Assembly (NCBI GenBank): GCA_051294905.1
Contig: CM119371.1
Coordinates: 31,870,001-31,930,000 of the forward strand
Reading direction: 5' to 3'
Origin: Botryllus schlosseri
Taxonomy: Eukaryota
DNA length: 60,000 bases
Shown: positions 13,055 to 25,163 of the stretch, piece after piece
Layout of the letters: each line of letters begins with the position of its first letter
Position numbering within the stretch: position 1 is the first letter of the stretch
Made by a program: the position numbers and the translations under genes
The notes under the pieces: generated by a model
What the model was told of the DNA's origin: nothing
What the model saw: only the letters and a program-made list of their open reading frames with translations
The model's database searches: none

Positions 13055-13969
13055 CAGTCGATTCTGCTCAATTCAGACAGTTTTCTTACGCTCACTATTT
13101 GCCAAATTAAGCGGAGAAACAGTTTTGATATTTTAAATTTATGCAAATGTTCTAAAAATTTTCTCGCCCGTTGCGTGATTCAATGTTGCTAACTATCTTG
13201 TTTGTTGGTTACCCTTCCACCAAGGAAAAAATATGCATTATTTATAGAAATAGGCATTTCAGCGTCGGCCATTACCGCGCCACGACACGACACGTCAAGG
13301 CATATGAAGTTTAGGCCAACGTGGGACTCCGAGAAGTGTGCCTACCAGATCAACAGCAAGAAAACTTTGGAACAAAAGGACTGCCCTTATGCTGACCGAA
13401 AACTAATTGGGCGCATAAATGGCTGGCCATTAGCCAATCTTGGTTTCCTGACAATCTGAACACCACATAACAAAGTCTAGTACGTTTGAGCAATTTCAAT
13501 ATCTTTTGGCTATAGCAGACAGGACGAGGTCACGAAATAACAACATGTAAGAAAGTGATTATACCAACAGAACAGCCCACCGGGAAATATTTAATTAATT
13601 ATGTGACATACCTTTTTCAAGATAGCACCTCACTCAGCTCTACCGGTAAATTTGATTACGTGGACTGAGAGAGGCTAAAAAATTGAATCCCAATATATAT
13701 GCAATAAGAAATATTAATGACGTATTCAATCATGAATTATCAATCATGAATCATGAATTAGCGTGATTAGGCTAGAATAGGTAAAGTCGTTAACTAACGG
13801 AGTAAAATAAATGTCGCTCACAGGTAATGGTGAAAACAATCAATAAAATAGAGGGTCTGGGGGACGAAGTAACAGATGTTTTTAGGTGCAATTAATTATT
13901 TTGTTCCGTTCACGAGCATATTGGCCGGTGGCATGGATTATCCAGTGTCCAAATTAAGCGGATTCAACT
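13055..13969. mobile_element. Tc1/mariner pogo/Tigger-like non-autonomous element
   Basis: ta|CAGTCGATTCTGCTCAATT ... AATTAAGCGGATTCAACTG|ta; TA TSD. Confidence 0.65.
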
Positions 13970-14368
13970 GTATATAAAATGCTACACAAGCACGCTGCGA
14001 GTAACTCGTCGCTTTTACTGTGGTTCCACACGTCATATGCAAGGTTCTTCGTTTGGGGAAAGCATTCGAAACAGTAATTCTGCCAAAATTGCGGGTATAT
14101 TACCCTTTCGTAATCTAGGGGCCGGGAAACAGAACCTGAAATCTCACATCAGTACGCTCATAAAAGTTTTTGCTTGTCACGAAATCATTGAGACATTGAT
14201 TACGATTGAGAAATTGTCCTTCATCAGCTGTTACTCATAGAAACTACTTTTGATCGATTCGTTTATCATTAGAGACTATGATTCTACATCTACAGAATGA
14301 TTATAGTTTTTACTCATCTAGTTTAATAACAATCTACTTTTGTTGGTCGATTTACGATACTAGTTGAT

Positions 14369-14492
14369 ATGACCCGGCAGAATATCCAAACGATGTTCAG
14401 TCAGTGGACACTGATTATTATTTTTCTGATCTTGATGCAAGTCAAACGCCAGGAAGGACATTTCACGTACCGTCTGCAGTGTAAACCATTTG
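14369..14492 (+). CDS. Copy B exon 1: signal peptide
   Basis: MTRQNIQTMFSQWTLIIIFLILMQVKRQEG with a hydrophobic core; donor TTTG|gtaaga. Confidence 0.75.
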
Positions 14493-14770
14493 GTAAGATA
14501 TATGATATTACTTACACAATCAGCATACTGCAGTCTAGTAGAGGCGAAAGTTGAACACTAGTCTAATTTTAATATTTGATCGAAATAATAATTGTAATAA
14601 CTTTTATCCCGCATTCTGAAATCGAGTAACATTTAGATCGACTGACTGACAAACCTTGACCACTCATGGCGATGACTTGGATATTCAGAATTGGTCGCTT
14701 TCTAAGAGTTATCAGCCTAGCAGGATACCTGCATCTAACTCCGCATTGACTTCGTTACATAATTTTCCAG

Positions 14771-15118
14771 GACGCGTTACACAAGCTGTTCGCACAAATT
14801 TTTCTGTCACTCTTATTAGTGGTTGTAGGGAGGGAGACAACAACTATACTTGTGAGATTAAATACAGCATCCGTACGGGAGTAACAGCAGACGCATTGCA
14901 AATTATTACATCTCTTGACGGTCCGAGAGCTAATACTACAATGCATGAAGGACTGATAATCAGATATGAGTGGACGATTATCAAAGATGATGGTCGAAAA
15001 TCGGTTATGTTCAATCTAACTATATCTTCATCTGATGAACCTGTCACCGTTCATTTAACGAGTCAGTACCAACGAAGTTGTATGGAAATTCAAGACTTGG
15101 TAACAATATATTTTAAAG
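14771..15118 (+). CDS. Copy B exon 2: 116-aa N-terminal, probably beta-rich (Ig-like?) domain
   Basis: ttttccag|GA...AAAG|gtcaga, phase 1-1, inside ORF 14656-15186; several N-glycosylation sequons. Confidence 0.75.
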
Positions 15119-15528
15119 GTCAGAAAATTTCACTGTTTTCTAAGAAACTGATTTTTATTTGTCATAGATTAATCTTGCATTGGTGAGGTTGGGCAGACTT
15201 ACACATACCTTATGCTTGTTATGCGATGTATATTAATTTCCGCTTTGGACTCTTGTTTTGTTGCTGTCCCATATTCCAGATGTTTCGACACAAATGTTGA
15301 TTTTTGACGAGGCTGATATTCTACTTATGTTTCCCGAGCTGTAACACTAGACTAGAGTACGGCCCATTGTCGTTCTAGGCACGCGCTCAGGCGAATGCAC
15401 CGCATACCGTAGTCCGATACGTTTTTCCGTGAAATCTCATTAGGATTCAATTATTAACTGCGTCTGTATTGTAGTGGTGGATTGTTTTGCACATTGGGTT
15501 AGATTGTGCCTCCGACAGTGTAACAATT

Positions 15529-16050
15529 CACAGGTGGTCAAATACGGACTCGGCGGTGGTACTCAAGTAGAAGTATGTAGAAGCACCCCGTAAATTACTA
15601 CAAGTACTACCATTAAACAAGTAGAAAGTAGCGATTACAAAGGCATGTGAAAACTACTTCACGTGAAGCTACAAAACAAAGTCCTGAAAAGTACTGAAGA
15701 AAGTAGTTTCAAAAGTAAACTAGATCGAAGGGTCGCATACTTTTAGCAGTTAATTGAAGGCAACACTTTTGAAAATGCAGGATGCTTTTCCGAGACCGAC
15801 AGAAAATGACTAATGATACAGGGACTGTTTCGCCCATCAGTAGCCACCTCAATTTCATTCATAAAATTGATGCAAACATATCTCAACACTATACTCAATA
15901 CTTCACAAAATACAAAGTGTCAAAAGTAAGGGCTTGCGTAGAAACCTTTAATTAGAATTTGAAATAGTCACTCTAGTATGCAGTTCAAGTAGCCAAAACC
16001 TACTTGAGCACTCCAAAAAAGTACAAGCACTTCGTTACTGACCACTTCTG
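15529..16050 (+). mobile_element. hAT MITE with AAGTAG/CTACTT subterminal repeats
   Basis: Ends CACAGGTGGTCA / TGACCACTTCTG; same family as 17366-18625 and ~26278-29284. Confidence 0.7.
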
Positions 16051-16416
16051 TGTGATATTCGATTGATCAATCCGCGCCATATGCAAAGTTACTCTTGAAG
16101 ATATGGTATTTAATTAGCGTAGCCTGTGCTAATTGATGATAATTTCTAGCTATACCTACATCCATCTGTTTGGCGGGAACTATCCTATTGCTCTGCTTCA
16201 CCATCGCCAATCTATGCCCTTAGTGCAGTGTCTAAGCATAAACGTAATCCAAACTTTCCATCAACTTGGACTCCATGATATTGGCCATAGAATGATCGGC
16301 ATGTGTAGGCCTACTTCTAATGAATCGATTCGGCCTTGATATTTCAACCGTATGGATTACGCAGGTGATAAATTGGATCCATCTATTAATGTTGAGTTAA
16401 AGTGATTCGTATTTAG

Positions 16417-16617
16417 GTTGTGGCCATCTTACGGAATTTGGATCTATTTCAACAAGCTCGGAGATTGCTAGATATCTAGACACGGGCCATATATCCTGTC
16501 GCAATACGAATTCCGTGAGCGGTCGGGCGGTATTTAGAAATGGCAGTGAAGCAGTTCAAACGCAATGTCTAGCTGATGCTACATGGAAAGATGTCAATAA
16601 CATAACCTGCCTCTATC
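16417..16617 (+). CDS. Copy B exon 3: sushi/CCP domain
   Basis: 201 nt, paralog of 119-319. Encodes GCGHLTEFG...TQCLADATWKDVNNITCLY. Confidence 0.85.
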
Positions 16618-17365
16618 GTGAGTAAATATTTATTATATCCATGAAATATTTACGGTTCTGAGCATGATTATTGTAGTCACGTGAGAAACATCGAGTACTA
16701 GACAAACAGTCGGATGTATTACAATTACGATTGGGCACAATGATTTGAGTACTCTACTCTGAATGGAGCATTAATTCTAATGATTTGAGTTGATGAGCAG
16801 TGAGAGGCGAGTAATGAAATTATGCGCTCCTTTCCACGTAGTACTCAATTTATCTACGGAAATGACCGTTTCTATAGTATTTTACAGTGTTGGCATGACT
16901 CGAGTCACCTTTTACGTGTGAGTTGACTTGACTAGAGTCACTTTGCAAAAATGACTCGACTTGACTTGACTCGACGCTTCATAAATGCAAATTGATTCGT
17001 GAATCGAAGCAAACTTTACGAGTCAATTTCAAGTCATTAAGTAATCGATGTCGACTAAATCGCCGATTCTTGTATAAGTTAGGATTGCTTACCAATCACT
17101 GAATGATTGTTCGTTTTACCGAGCCTCCATTGTTACATCACAACGTATTTGGTCAGAGCATACAGCTTACAGCATACGTTGTCGTAAATTTGCTCACCCT
17201 ACCAACCCTCTTGTATGATTTAAATCAGAAGTCTCAAACACGCGGCCCGCGAGTGCATTTTATGCGGCCCGCGGCGTCATCTTGGAATTTCAAGTGTTCA
17301 ACGATATATTCGAGAGTCATATATCTTTTTTATATATAAGAGCTTAACGTTCACGCTAAAACTAC

Positions 17366-18625
17366 CAGAGGTGGTCAAAGTAGTCAAGAAAGCTACTCAA
17401 ATAGAAGTAGAAGTAGCGACGGAAAAATCTACTCAAGTACGAGTAGGAGTACTTCTTCCATGAGCAACCTAAAACTACTTAAAGTAGAAGTAGAAATTGC
17501 TGGCTTTAAATCTACTCAAGTAAGTAAGTAGTTTTCAAAACGGTCATAATACGTTCGCATGGACTTTCAAAAGCTGCAAATTGAGCTGCGTGCGGAAGGT
17601 GCAGAGAGCTTCATGTACAATGCATATTGATGCATCCCAGAATGTATATATTTCCGACAGCATTAGCAACAAATGATATTAGTGAAATAGAAATGAGATA
17701 CCAATCTTTTGTTTACTCGAACATCCCGTTTTAGAAAATGTCATGGCTTGTTCCCTCACCCATATTACGGCCTTTAGTTTAGTTGAAGAGCAATACGGAG
17801 AAGTTGTATGAATACGACGTTAACACTTTGTGCGATTCGTATACGATGATAAAAAAAATATGGCGTATCGTAAAAATGCCATATAGTGTAATTGTATTTT
17901 GGGAAAGTAGACGGCGATGCTACATTTGCTTTTAAACTTAAGCATGTATGTTCTCCAGACAAAAGAAATGAAACTAATTAGAACTCTTAGTAATGATACT
18001 TCGAATTGAACGAGAACTACCAATACTACATCAGAAAAGCGGAAAATGTATTCTATGTCTTTTGTCGAGACAGTTTTAACGGTGGTCTGCTAAAACAGAT
18101 CTAACGCTTATTAAGTCACAGCCCACTTTTCCAGATTAGGACACGCCATGGGCTGCTAGATTACGATATGATAGGTAAATGCTAGACTGCGAAACGGTTG
18201 TTTCAAACGTTATGATGGGCCATATTTACTGTGATGAAATACGTCATATGCGCGACAATGCGGTGCAATGCAACCTGCAACCTAAATAATATTCCCTTTC
18301 GCGAAAACATATTTGTAACTCTATATTTACTTGATGTGAAGCGCGACGGAAATTTTGGGTTTGACATAAATTTTCCTAAAATTGAAAGTTAAAACTCCGT
18401 GAAAACAGCCCGAGAATTCCCCAGTTTCTCTTTCTAGTTGGAGGGTTACACTACTTCTACTTGACAAACTGAAAATAGCGAGAAGTAAGTAAGTAGATCA
18501 CAAAATATTACGAAGTAGAAGTAGAAGTAGCGAATATTATATCTACTTGAGTAAGTACCAGAAGTAGAGGAAAACTACTTGAGTACTTCGAAAAAGTAGA
18601 AGTACTTCGTTACTGACCACCTCTG
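17366..18625 (+). mobile_element. hAT MITE (third layer)
   Basis: TIR CAGAGGTGGTCA / TGACCACCTCTG; perfect TSD aaaactac. Confidence 0.9.
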
Positions 18626-19177
18626 AAAACTACTATGAAAATCACTGAAATCTCAACAAACTTCACTATCATATCACTTTTAAAAGCTACCAAGCGGTAG
18701 AAGATCAGCTATTACGCTAGATTTCTAGTTCATGATGATGAAACATGACCCGTCGATGATTCGTGACTGAAAATTGTGATTTGGTTTGGTGCGACCGTTT
18801 CGTAAAGTTACACGATTTCGGATTGACTGTGTGATTAAATGAAAATGACTCCAGTTGAGTCAGGTCAAACCTTAAAATCAGAGGTAGACTTGCGTCTCGG
18901 AACGGTGACTTGGTAATCCTACGGACGCAACAATCTATGAAACTGTCATGGGGAATAGTAATATATCAAATGGTCGTAGCTTGCGTTGCGTAGGGTATAT
19001 AGCTATTTAATGAGGTCAGTATGGCAACCATTGGTATCCTGTGACCACACACTCGTGACGTATTGTGACTTGTTGTTGGTTATCTTTATCCCTGTTATTA
19101 TCGGTGGCCAGTACGGTAGTAGTACGCTCTACAGCTGTAACACCAATGAATTCTTCGACGGGTGAACATTTATATTC

Positions 19178-19462
19178 CAGGGGTTCTTTTCTTAACCAGG
19201 GTCCGTAGACCCCATCGGGATATGAAGCACCAGATCAGGGTGCGCGAGATGCATTGTGGTAGGCCTATATGCTGTTGAATATTTTCTTGGCCAGTTTCTG
19301 CAACTGGAAAATAGTCTACGTGCTACGCGCGATTTCATGTGAATGGGCTTTCTGATTTTAATATAGGTACTATTGGAAATTGTTTTGAACATGGACAGGG
19401 GCTACGAGAAATCTTATTGAAAGCACAAGAGGTACGATCGCTAAAAAGGTTAAGAAACAATG
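19178..19462 (+). mobile_element. Short Charlie-like MITE (third layer)
   Basis: Ends CAGGGGTTCTT / AAGAAACAATG; TSD not clear. Confidence 0.5.
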
Positions 19463-19769
19463 CTATAACTATGGTTCAATAATGATTATATTTCAGTTGT
19501 TATTGATATGTTCCAATAATAATCGAAGGCAAAATCTAAAGCTGATTTAATTTGACTTTGGCAATAACAGTCACAATAGCCTATAGCCTACTTATCACGA
19601 CTATATCAAAGCCAGGAATAGGCTACACCAAAGAATGTAGAACGACATCCTACATTCTTTGGGCTACGCCGCTCAAATGCTTTGATATCAGATCAATCTT
19701 CAGTATATTTCAAAATATTCTACATAAACTAGTGGCACGTCAAAGGTCCACTAGCTGCAATATTATAAG

Positions 19770-20757
19770 CCGGGTTGCCATCGACATGGACCAAAAAATA
19801 AGGACAGTCAAAAATTAGATTAGCATTAAAAAGCGTTTTGTACATAGCTTGTAATTATACGAGCCGTGACATAAGGCATTCCATACTTTTCGCCAGAAAC
19901 AATCTGCTCCAGCAACTCCTTGTTATTAGAAAGTGCTTCATGGATCTCACGACAGCTCAGGTCTAGATTTACCTTTACTCAGTGCCGAAACAGCACTTCG
20001 TCGTGATCGACTTGTGAAAAATTTATTCATCGACTGGCTCGAATTAATCGTTATGACACACTTCTGGTGTTTTAGGTATCAATATGAGTAGAAATAGTGG
20101 TCTTTCCTATGGCCTCCAGGTTAATGTCACAATTGCAGATATTGCAATGTGCGAAACACTCGCATTTGAATTATTCTCTCTCATAATCGTCACGAAAAAT
20201 GTTTTTTCGCCTGCTCATTTTGACTGATCAGATTTAGCCTTACTTGTAAATAAAACTATATGTGCAATATAATTTGAATAAATTTATCAATGATTTATGG
20301 CTTTACCACTTTTTAGCCCAAGTGTCGACTGCACTGCGCCTTTTTTCACTGCGCAATAAATGTGGCCTTCCCCACAGCTTATTCTGCTGTAGACTAAACA
20401 GCAGGAACCTGGTACTGCTGTTTACTGCTAAATGACGTCCGCTGCCGTAGCTTTTGGTACAGACGAAACTGCTATACCACCACTCCCTGCCCTAGCTTCG
20501 CCACTTGAAAGTCAAATCTTATGTTGTGTACGTCACGAGAGTTCCTTTCATTTATGATGTCATAAAATCTCGACGCAAAAGCATAATTTTAGAATATTAT
20601 GCAACACAGATACCAGAGGATAACGATCGAAGTTCTGTAGTGGTTGAAAATAAGACAAAATAAGGACGCAAGTCCAAAATAAGGACATTTCTTGGAAAAG
20701 ACGTGACCCTTCAAAATAAGGACAAATCTTAGAAATAAGGACGGTATGGCAACCCTG
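19770..20757 (-). mobile_element. Blackjack-like hAT element, inverted relative of 1894-2972 (third layer)
   Basis: TIR CCGGGTTGCCA / TGGCAACCCTG; perfect TSD attataag; reverse-complement similarity to 1894-2972. Confidence 0.9.
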
Positions 20758-22095
20758 ATTATAAGCCTACAGTTTTAGATGTCTATAACTCATTGATTAA
20801 AAAAATTATGCCGGCACAAAAACAATTCTATTCAAATATTTGAAAATGTAATTTTTATCTGTGTCAAGCGTGAATAGTACGATACTAAATTACATTTCCA
20901 CGATGTTTGTGGAATGCCTGTTTGCAAGGTCCCGTCAATTAACGCCTACATGGCCATTATACATTGAATATCGCTACTATTGATGCTGCGGCCCGCGGCG
21001 TCATCAAAATCTAGGAAATTGGCCCGCGAGCGCATTTTAGTTTGAGACCTCTGATTTAAATCGAACGAATATCGTTTATACGTTTATAGTTGTATATCAT
21101 GGATATGAAGGTGGCTACGGTATTGCACCATATCATATTTTGGACTTTCTGAGGTTTCGTATGTTATCCTCTATTTTGGCTGATAATTATAGACTGAGAC
21201 AATACCGCTATACTTCCGTAGTTTAGCAGTTCTACCTATGCGGGAGTGATACAGCGCCTTTTAGCGTGTACAATCAACTATTTATCCGTTCCTCAATTCA
21301 AAATAAATGGGGAATTCATCTGTATTTAAAACAGCTAGCAAAACGAAATCCCTCTAAATCATGTCTCGTACTTGGAAAATCTAACTTGTCTTGACTAGTG
21401 ACTTGACTCGTGACTTGACTTGACTTGACTTGACTCGAGTCACTATTGAAACATGGGTGACTTAACTTGATTCGAGTCAAAATGTGAAATGACTCGAAAT
21501 GACTCTTGACTCGAAGGTAGTGACTTGATCCCAGCACTGGTATTTTTTACTCTGGCAGCCTTGAAACCTCGATTGATCGTATTATACTGAACGGGTGATA
21601 AAAGTCTACGCACGATGGTGGAAATGACTTTTCTGTGCAGTGATTAATCCACAGCATTGCCACAGAGTGCAATGAAATAGCCATGGTCGATAAAATGCCA
21701 AATTATCTTTATGTGGAGTGGAACTTGCATGAGGTTATTTGTGGTAGTATAAAAGGTACACATTTGAACTTCCCACGCCTTTCATGATGTTATGACGTAA
21801 TAAGATTTGGGTCTATCTCTAATATTCGACTCGACTCGAACCCTAATACCCGATTAAAAGTCGCATCACTCAGGTGCTCGCTTTTACCCTGCCATTATTA
21901 TAAATATCAATATTTCGATGCTTTTGACCAGTTTTCCCATCCACGGATAATTTGGCCGTATTTTATGACGTCTGCAAGAATTCCATGGAAATTGAATTTG
22001 ACCGACACGGGCTACAATAGCTTGACTGACAATTCATATAGCTTCTTGAAATCTTCCTGCAGCCCGTTCATAATTTTCCCATTTTTAACCAATAG

Positions 22096-22256
22096 CAATC
22101 AATGCCGAGCTGAGCATTAATGGCAATCTCTACAACGAAACGGTGGATTTGACTTACAACCAATCGGCGTATGGTAATAATACGATCTCGTTGAACTGTT
22201 CTACAAAGTATGAACTAAGGAGAGCAATGGCAAAATTTGTACTGAACAACAAATTC
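22096..22256 (+). CDS. Copy B exon 4
   Basis: aatag|CA...TTC|gtgagt. Encodes PINAELSINGNLY...SLNCSTK...NNKF. Confidence 0.8.
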
Positions 22257-22612
22257 GTGAGTATCCTAATGTATTCTGAACGCTGAAAATGTTTCGAACA
22301 GATTCCCTATAGGCATTACGCTTTAACGCAGAAATAAGTTGCATCCTTAAATAGATTTTAGAATTTTGCGTTTGTCCATAATTCCACATGACTGAATCGA
22401 GTATTGCGCATGGTGTATTGCGTGAGTTGCCATTTTTGAGGGCTTTGAGTGAAAACAAAATCAATTCCTCGATACGCGAACCATTAAAATGCCGTTTCCA
22501 TAAATATCGTGACTAACCAATAGACCTGGACCATTGATACTGCATTTTGATAGTAAATTAACGATAATTGTGACACAAAAGTAATATTATCATTCTAATA
22601 CCCTTACTACAG

Positions 22613-22748
22613 TTGAACAGCCCTACTATTACTCTTCATCCTAACCTCAACCGGAAGAACATATCATGCTATTTCAAGAATGATTTCGTGAAATACTTCC
22701 CCCAATCTACCCATACCTACTCGTCTACATCCAAATTAAACATCCTAT
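22613..22748 (+). CDS. Copy B exon 5
   Basis: acag|TTG...CTAT|gtgagt. Encodes LNSPTITLHPNLNRKNISCYF. Confidence 0.85.
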
Positions 22749-22809
22749 GTGAGTATAAAGTCAAGGATATTGTCGTGATCAATTCGATAAACTGTGTCTT
22801 TCTCTTCAG

Positions 22810-22920
22810 TTGGACCTCATCCACCAAATGGTTTGGATTCGATCTGCTCATTTCCGGATGGCTCGATAGCGTTTTACTCCAACCCACCAGCAACGGGAAG
22901 TTGGTTATCACTCATAAAAG
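22810..22920 (+). CDS. Copy B exon 6
   Basis: ttcag|TT...AAAG|gtctcg. Encodes FGPHPPNGLDSICSFPDGSIAFYSNPPATGSWLSLIK. Confidence 0.8.
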
Positions 22921-23513
22921 GTCTCGATTTTATTCGAAGTTAATTCAAACATTTTGAATGTACTTCACATTCTGTTACGCTGAACTATATCTTCATATAG
23001 AACACGCGTGCATCATAACCGTTAATGAGATGACGATAAATGTAACTCAATGAGAGGAGCACAAAGTTGATTCATTCAGCAACCCACCCATTACTCATGC
23101 AAACATCCCTTCCACGGCGTATAAGCAAAACGAAAATGCCAGTACGGATTTAAATATTCGGTAATACGATAGATTATGAAGTGACACATATATAGTGAAT
23201 ATTTTCGGTACTGCTTCTCATGCGTAACAGTCATCAAAATCGTAATTCTCGATTGTAAGATTGTACTAAACAGCACGAATTTGAATTTCCCATCCCTATA
23301 ATAAATGAGAGGTATGGAGACTGGTGATTGAGGTCAATTCTTCGAAAGCTATAGTATAATTAAACGGGAAACGTGCCCTAAATATGATGTGGTCGCCAAT
23401 TAAAGATGAAGGTGTGAAAAGCATTTTAGCAGCAACAATTTTCCACGACTCCTTGAGAGGAGATTTTATTTAACTAACGCTCAGCGCCCCTTTAATAATA
23501 ACATCTTTTCAAG

Positions 23514-23765
23514 GAGATGCAGAAGTGCCAAGTACCATTACGCAGTGCTGTGGGCGGATGTACGGCGTTCACGGGCAAATGATCGCACCGCGTTACAATG
23601 TAATAACTATCTATATTCTATATTATAATAATCCCCAGATCATGTCAGACATGGAATGTTACTCTATTTAGCAAAAAGAGTTGGGTAACTGGAGTCTACG
23701 AGCAAACCTTTCCGGACACGAATATTACACGGTGGTGCCTTGCGAAAGCATGGCAACTGTTTCAG
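23514..23765 (+). CDS. Copy B exon 7 (contains the premature TAG at 23669-23671)
   Basis: Encodes GDAEVPSTITQCCGRMYG...ECYSI*QKELG...VVPCESMATVS; splice sites intact. Confidence 0.75.
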
Positions 23766-23993
23766 GTATCTTTATTTAGATACGTGTGTATTACCCATAC
23801 CAAACCACGAGTTTTTGTTTGTTTTGGGGTATTCATGGTGTTTGTCGACTACTATGGTCATTTACACCAGGCCGATATTCTTCTTATTTTTCCGTATCTG
23901 CCGACTTGTAGCACGGCCCACCTCTAGGCTTTTTGTAAGACACCGCTGACGCGGATGACCACCACGACTTAAAATCTACTACTACAAATACAG

Positions 23994-24089
23994 GTGACTC
24001 ATCTATGGTAATTGCCATTGCGTGTGTTGGAGCTGCTTTGCTATTAGCAACTGGTATCATCCTAATATGTTGGAAGCGATGGAGTAATG
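23994..24089 (+). CDS. Copy B exon 8: transmembrane helix
   Basis: acag|GT...AATG|gtaaac. Encodes MVIAIACVGAALLLATGIILICWKR. Confidence 0.75.
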
Positions 24090-24168
24090 GTAAACATGGA
24101 ATAGCCTATACCTACTTAGCATTAGTAGCCTACTACTCAATTTCCGTGCATCGAAATTCGAATCGCAG

Positions 24169-24348
24169 GAAACACAAAGATTGATGTCGATAAAGTTGAA
24201 AATAGCAATCCACTTTATGGAACATCAGATGACGCACATGTGGAGTCAAAATCAAACGAGCAGGTCATGAATCCACTTTATGGAACTGCATCCAGTGGGC
24301 AAAGTGACACGGAAGTATATTCTGTTGCTTATAACAAGGAGGAGAAAG
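24169..24348 (+). CDS. Copy B exon 9: cytoplasmic tail with two NPLY motifs
   Basis: cgcag|GA...AAAG|gtttgt. Encodes ...NSNPLYGT...VMNPLYGT...EVYSVAY. Confidence 0.75.
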
Positions 24349-24384
24349 GTTTGTTCCCAAATTACATTTTGTGGGGCAGTAGCC

Positions 24385-24991
24385 CTGAGTCGTATAACCA
24401 AGTCACAAGGTTCCAAGTCACAATTCAGTTCAACTTTTTGCAGTTTTACCTCGAGTCAAGTTGAGTCATTTTCAATTCACCACCGAGTCAAGTCCGAGTC
24501 CAAGTTAACTAGTAAATGGTAGAGTCCGAGTAATGGTGTTTTGACTCTCGAGTCCTAATCCAAGTCTTTATGTTCACTGTTTAATTTTCAGTTCAATTCG
24601 GTTCAACCCACTTTTTTCAACTCTGCTTGAGTGATAGAATGGCCCACATTCATAATATAGTAATTTTCCTTCAATCCTAACAGCTACTGGCCCTATTGTC
24701 CGGGTATCAGGACAGATAGACGAAATACAAGTAATGTGGTAACTTTACTATTCTTCGAAGTTACAACGAAATGTATGTCTTGGCCGTCTTCGTCGCGAGT
24801 CATATGACTTGGTTCGAGTCATGTTCAATGACTCGAGTAGGCTACAAGTCGGGTCAATACGAAAATTAACTGGAGTCGAGTCTAGTCATTTTAGATATTT
24901 GAAAATATGACTCGAGTCACGTCGAGTCACCAAAAAATCGCGACTCGAGTCGGACTTGAGTCGAGTCATGATTCGAGTCAGTACAACCCTG
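24385..24991. mobile_element. hAT MITE with GACTCGAGTC repeats in copy B intron 9
   Basis: Perfect TSD cagtagcc; right end TACAACCCTG; absent from copy A. Confidence 0.8.
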
Positions 24992-25163
24992 CAGTAGCCC
25001 GTGACCCATAGGCCAGGCGCCTATGTTTCCGCTGTTCTCGATTTTTTCGATATTGTGACATCATCTGTCTTACCAAGTCACAGACTTCAGGCTTTTGATG
25101 AAAATAGCAAAATTATCATCCTGGCTAATGCCTATGTTAATAGGTCTTTATCAATGCGTCTAG

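Larger units (their letters stand above)
17226..21053. mobile_element. hAT Charlie-like MITE (second layer)
   Basis: TIR CAGAAGTCTCAAAC / GTTTGAGACCTCTG; perfect TSD atttaaat; GCGGCCCGCG subterminal repeats. Confidence 0.85.
16885..21539. mobile_element. hAT MITE with GACTCGAGTC repeats; outer shell of the nest in copy B intron 3
   Basis: TIR CAGTGTTGG / CCAGCACTG; TSD gtatttta/gtattttt. Confidence 0.75.

Noticed and set aside
8320..14368. Partner gene between the two receptor copies
   Set aside because: ORFs here (e.g. 9856-10299, 10518-10910) overlap repeats or lack recognisable motifs and consistent splice structure.
16885..24991. CRISPR-like or iteron-like short repeats (GACTCGAGTC, AAGTAG, GTCCTTATTTT)
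   Set aside because: Irregular spacing, no unique spacers, eukaryotic context; these are transposase-binding subterminal repeats.
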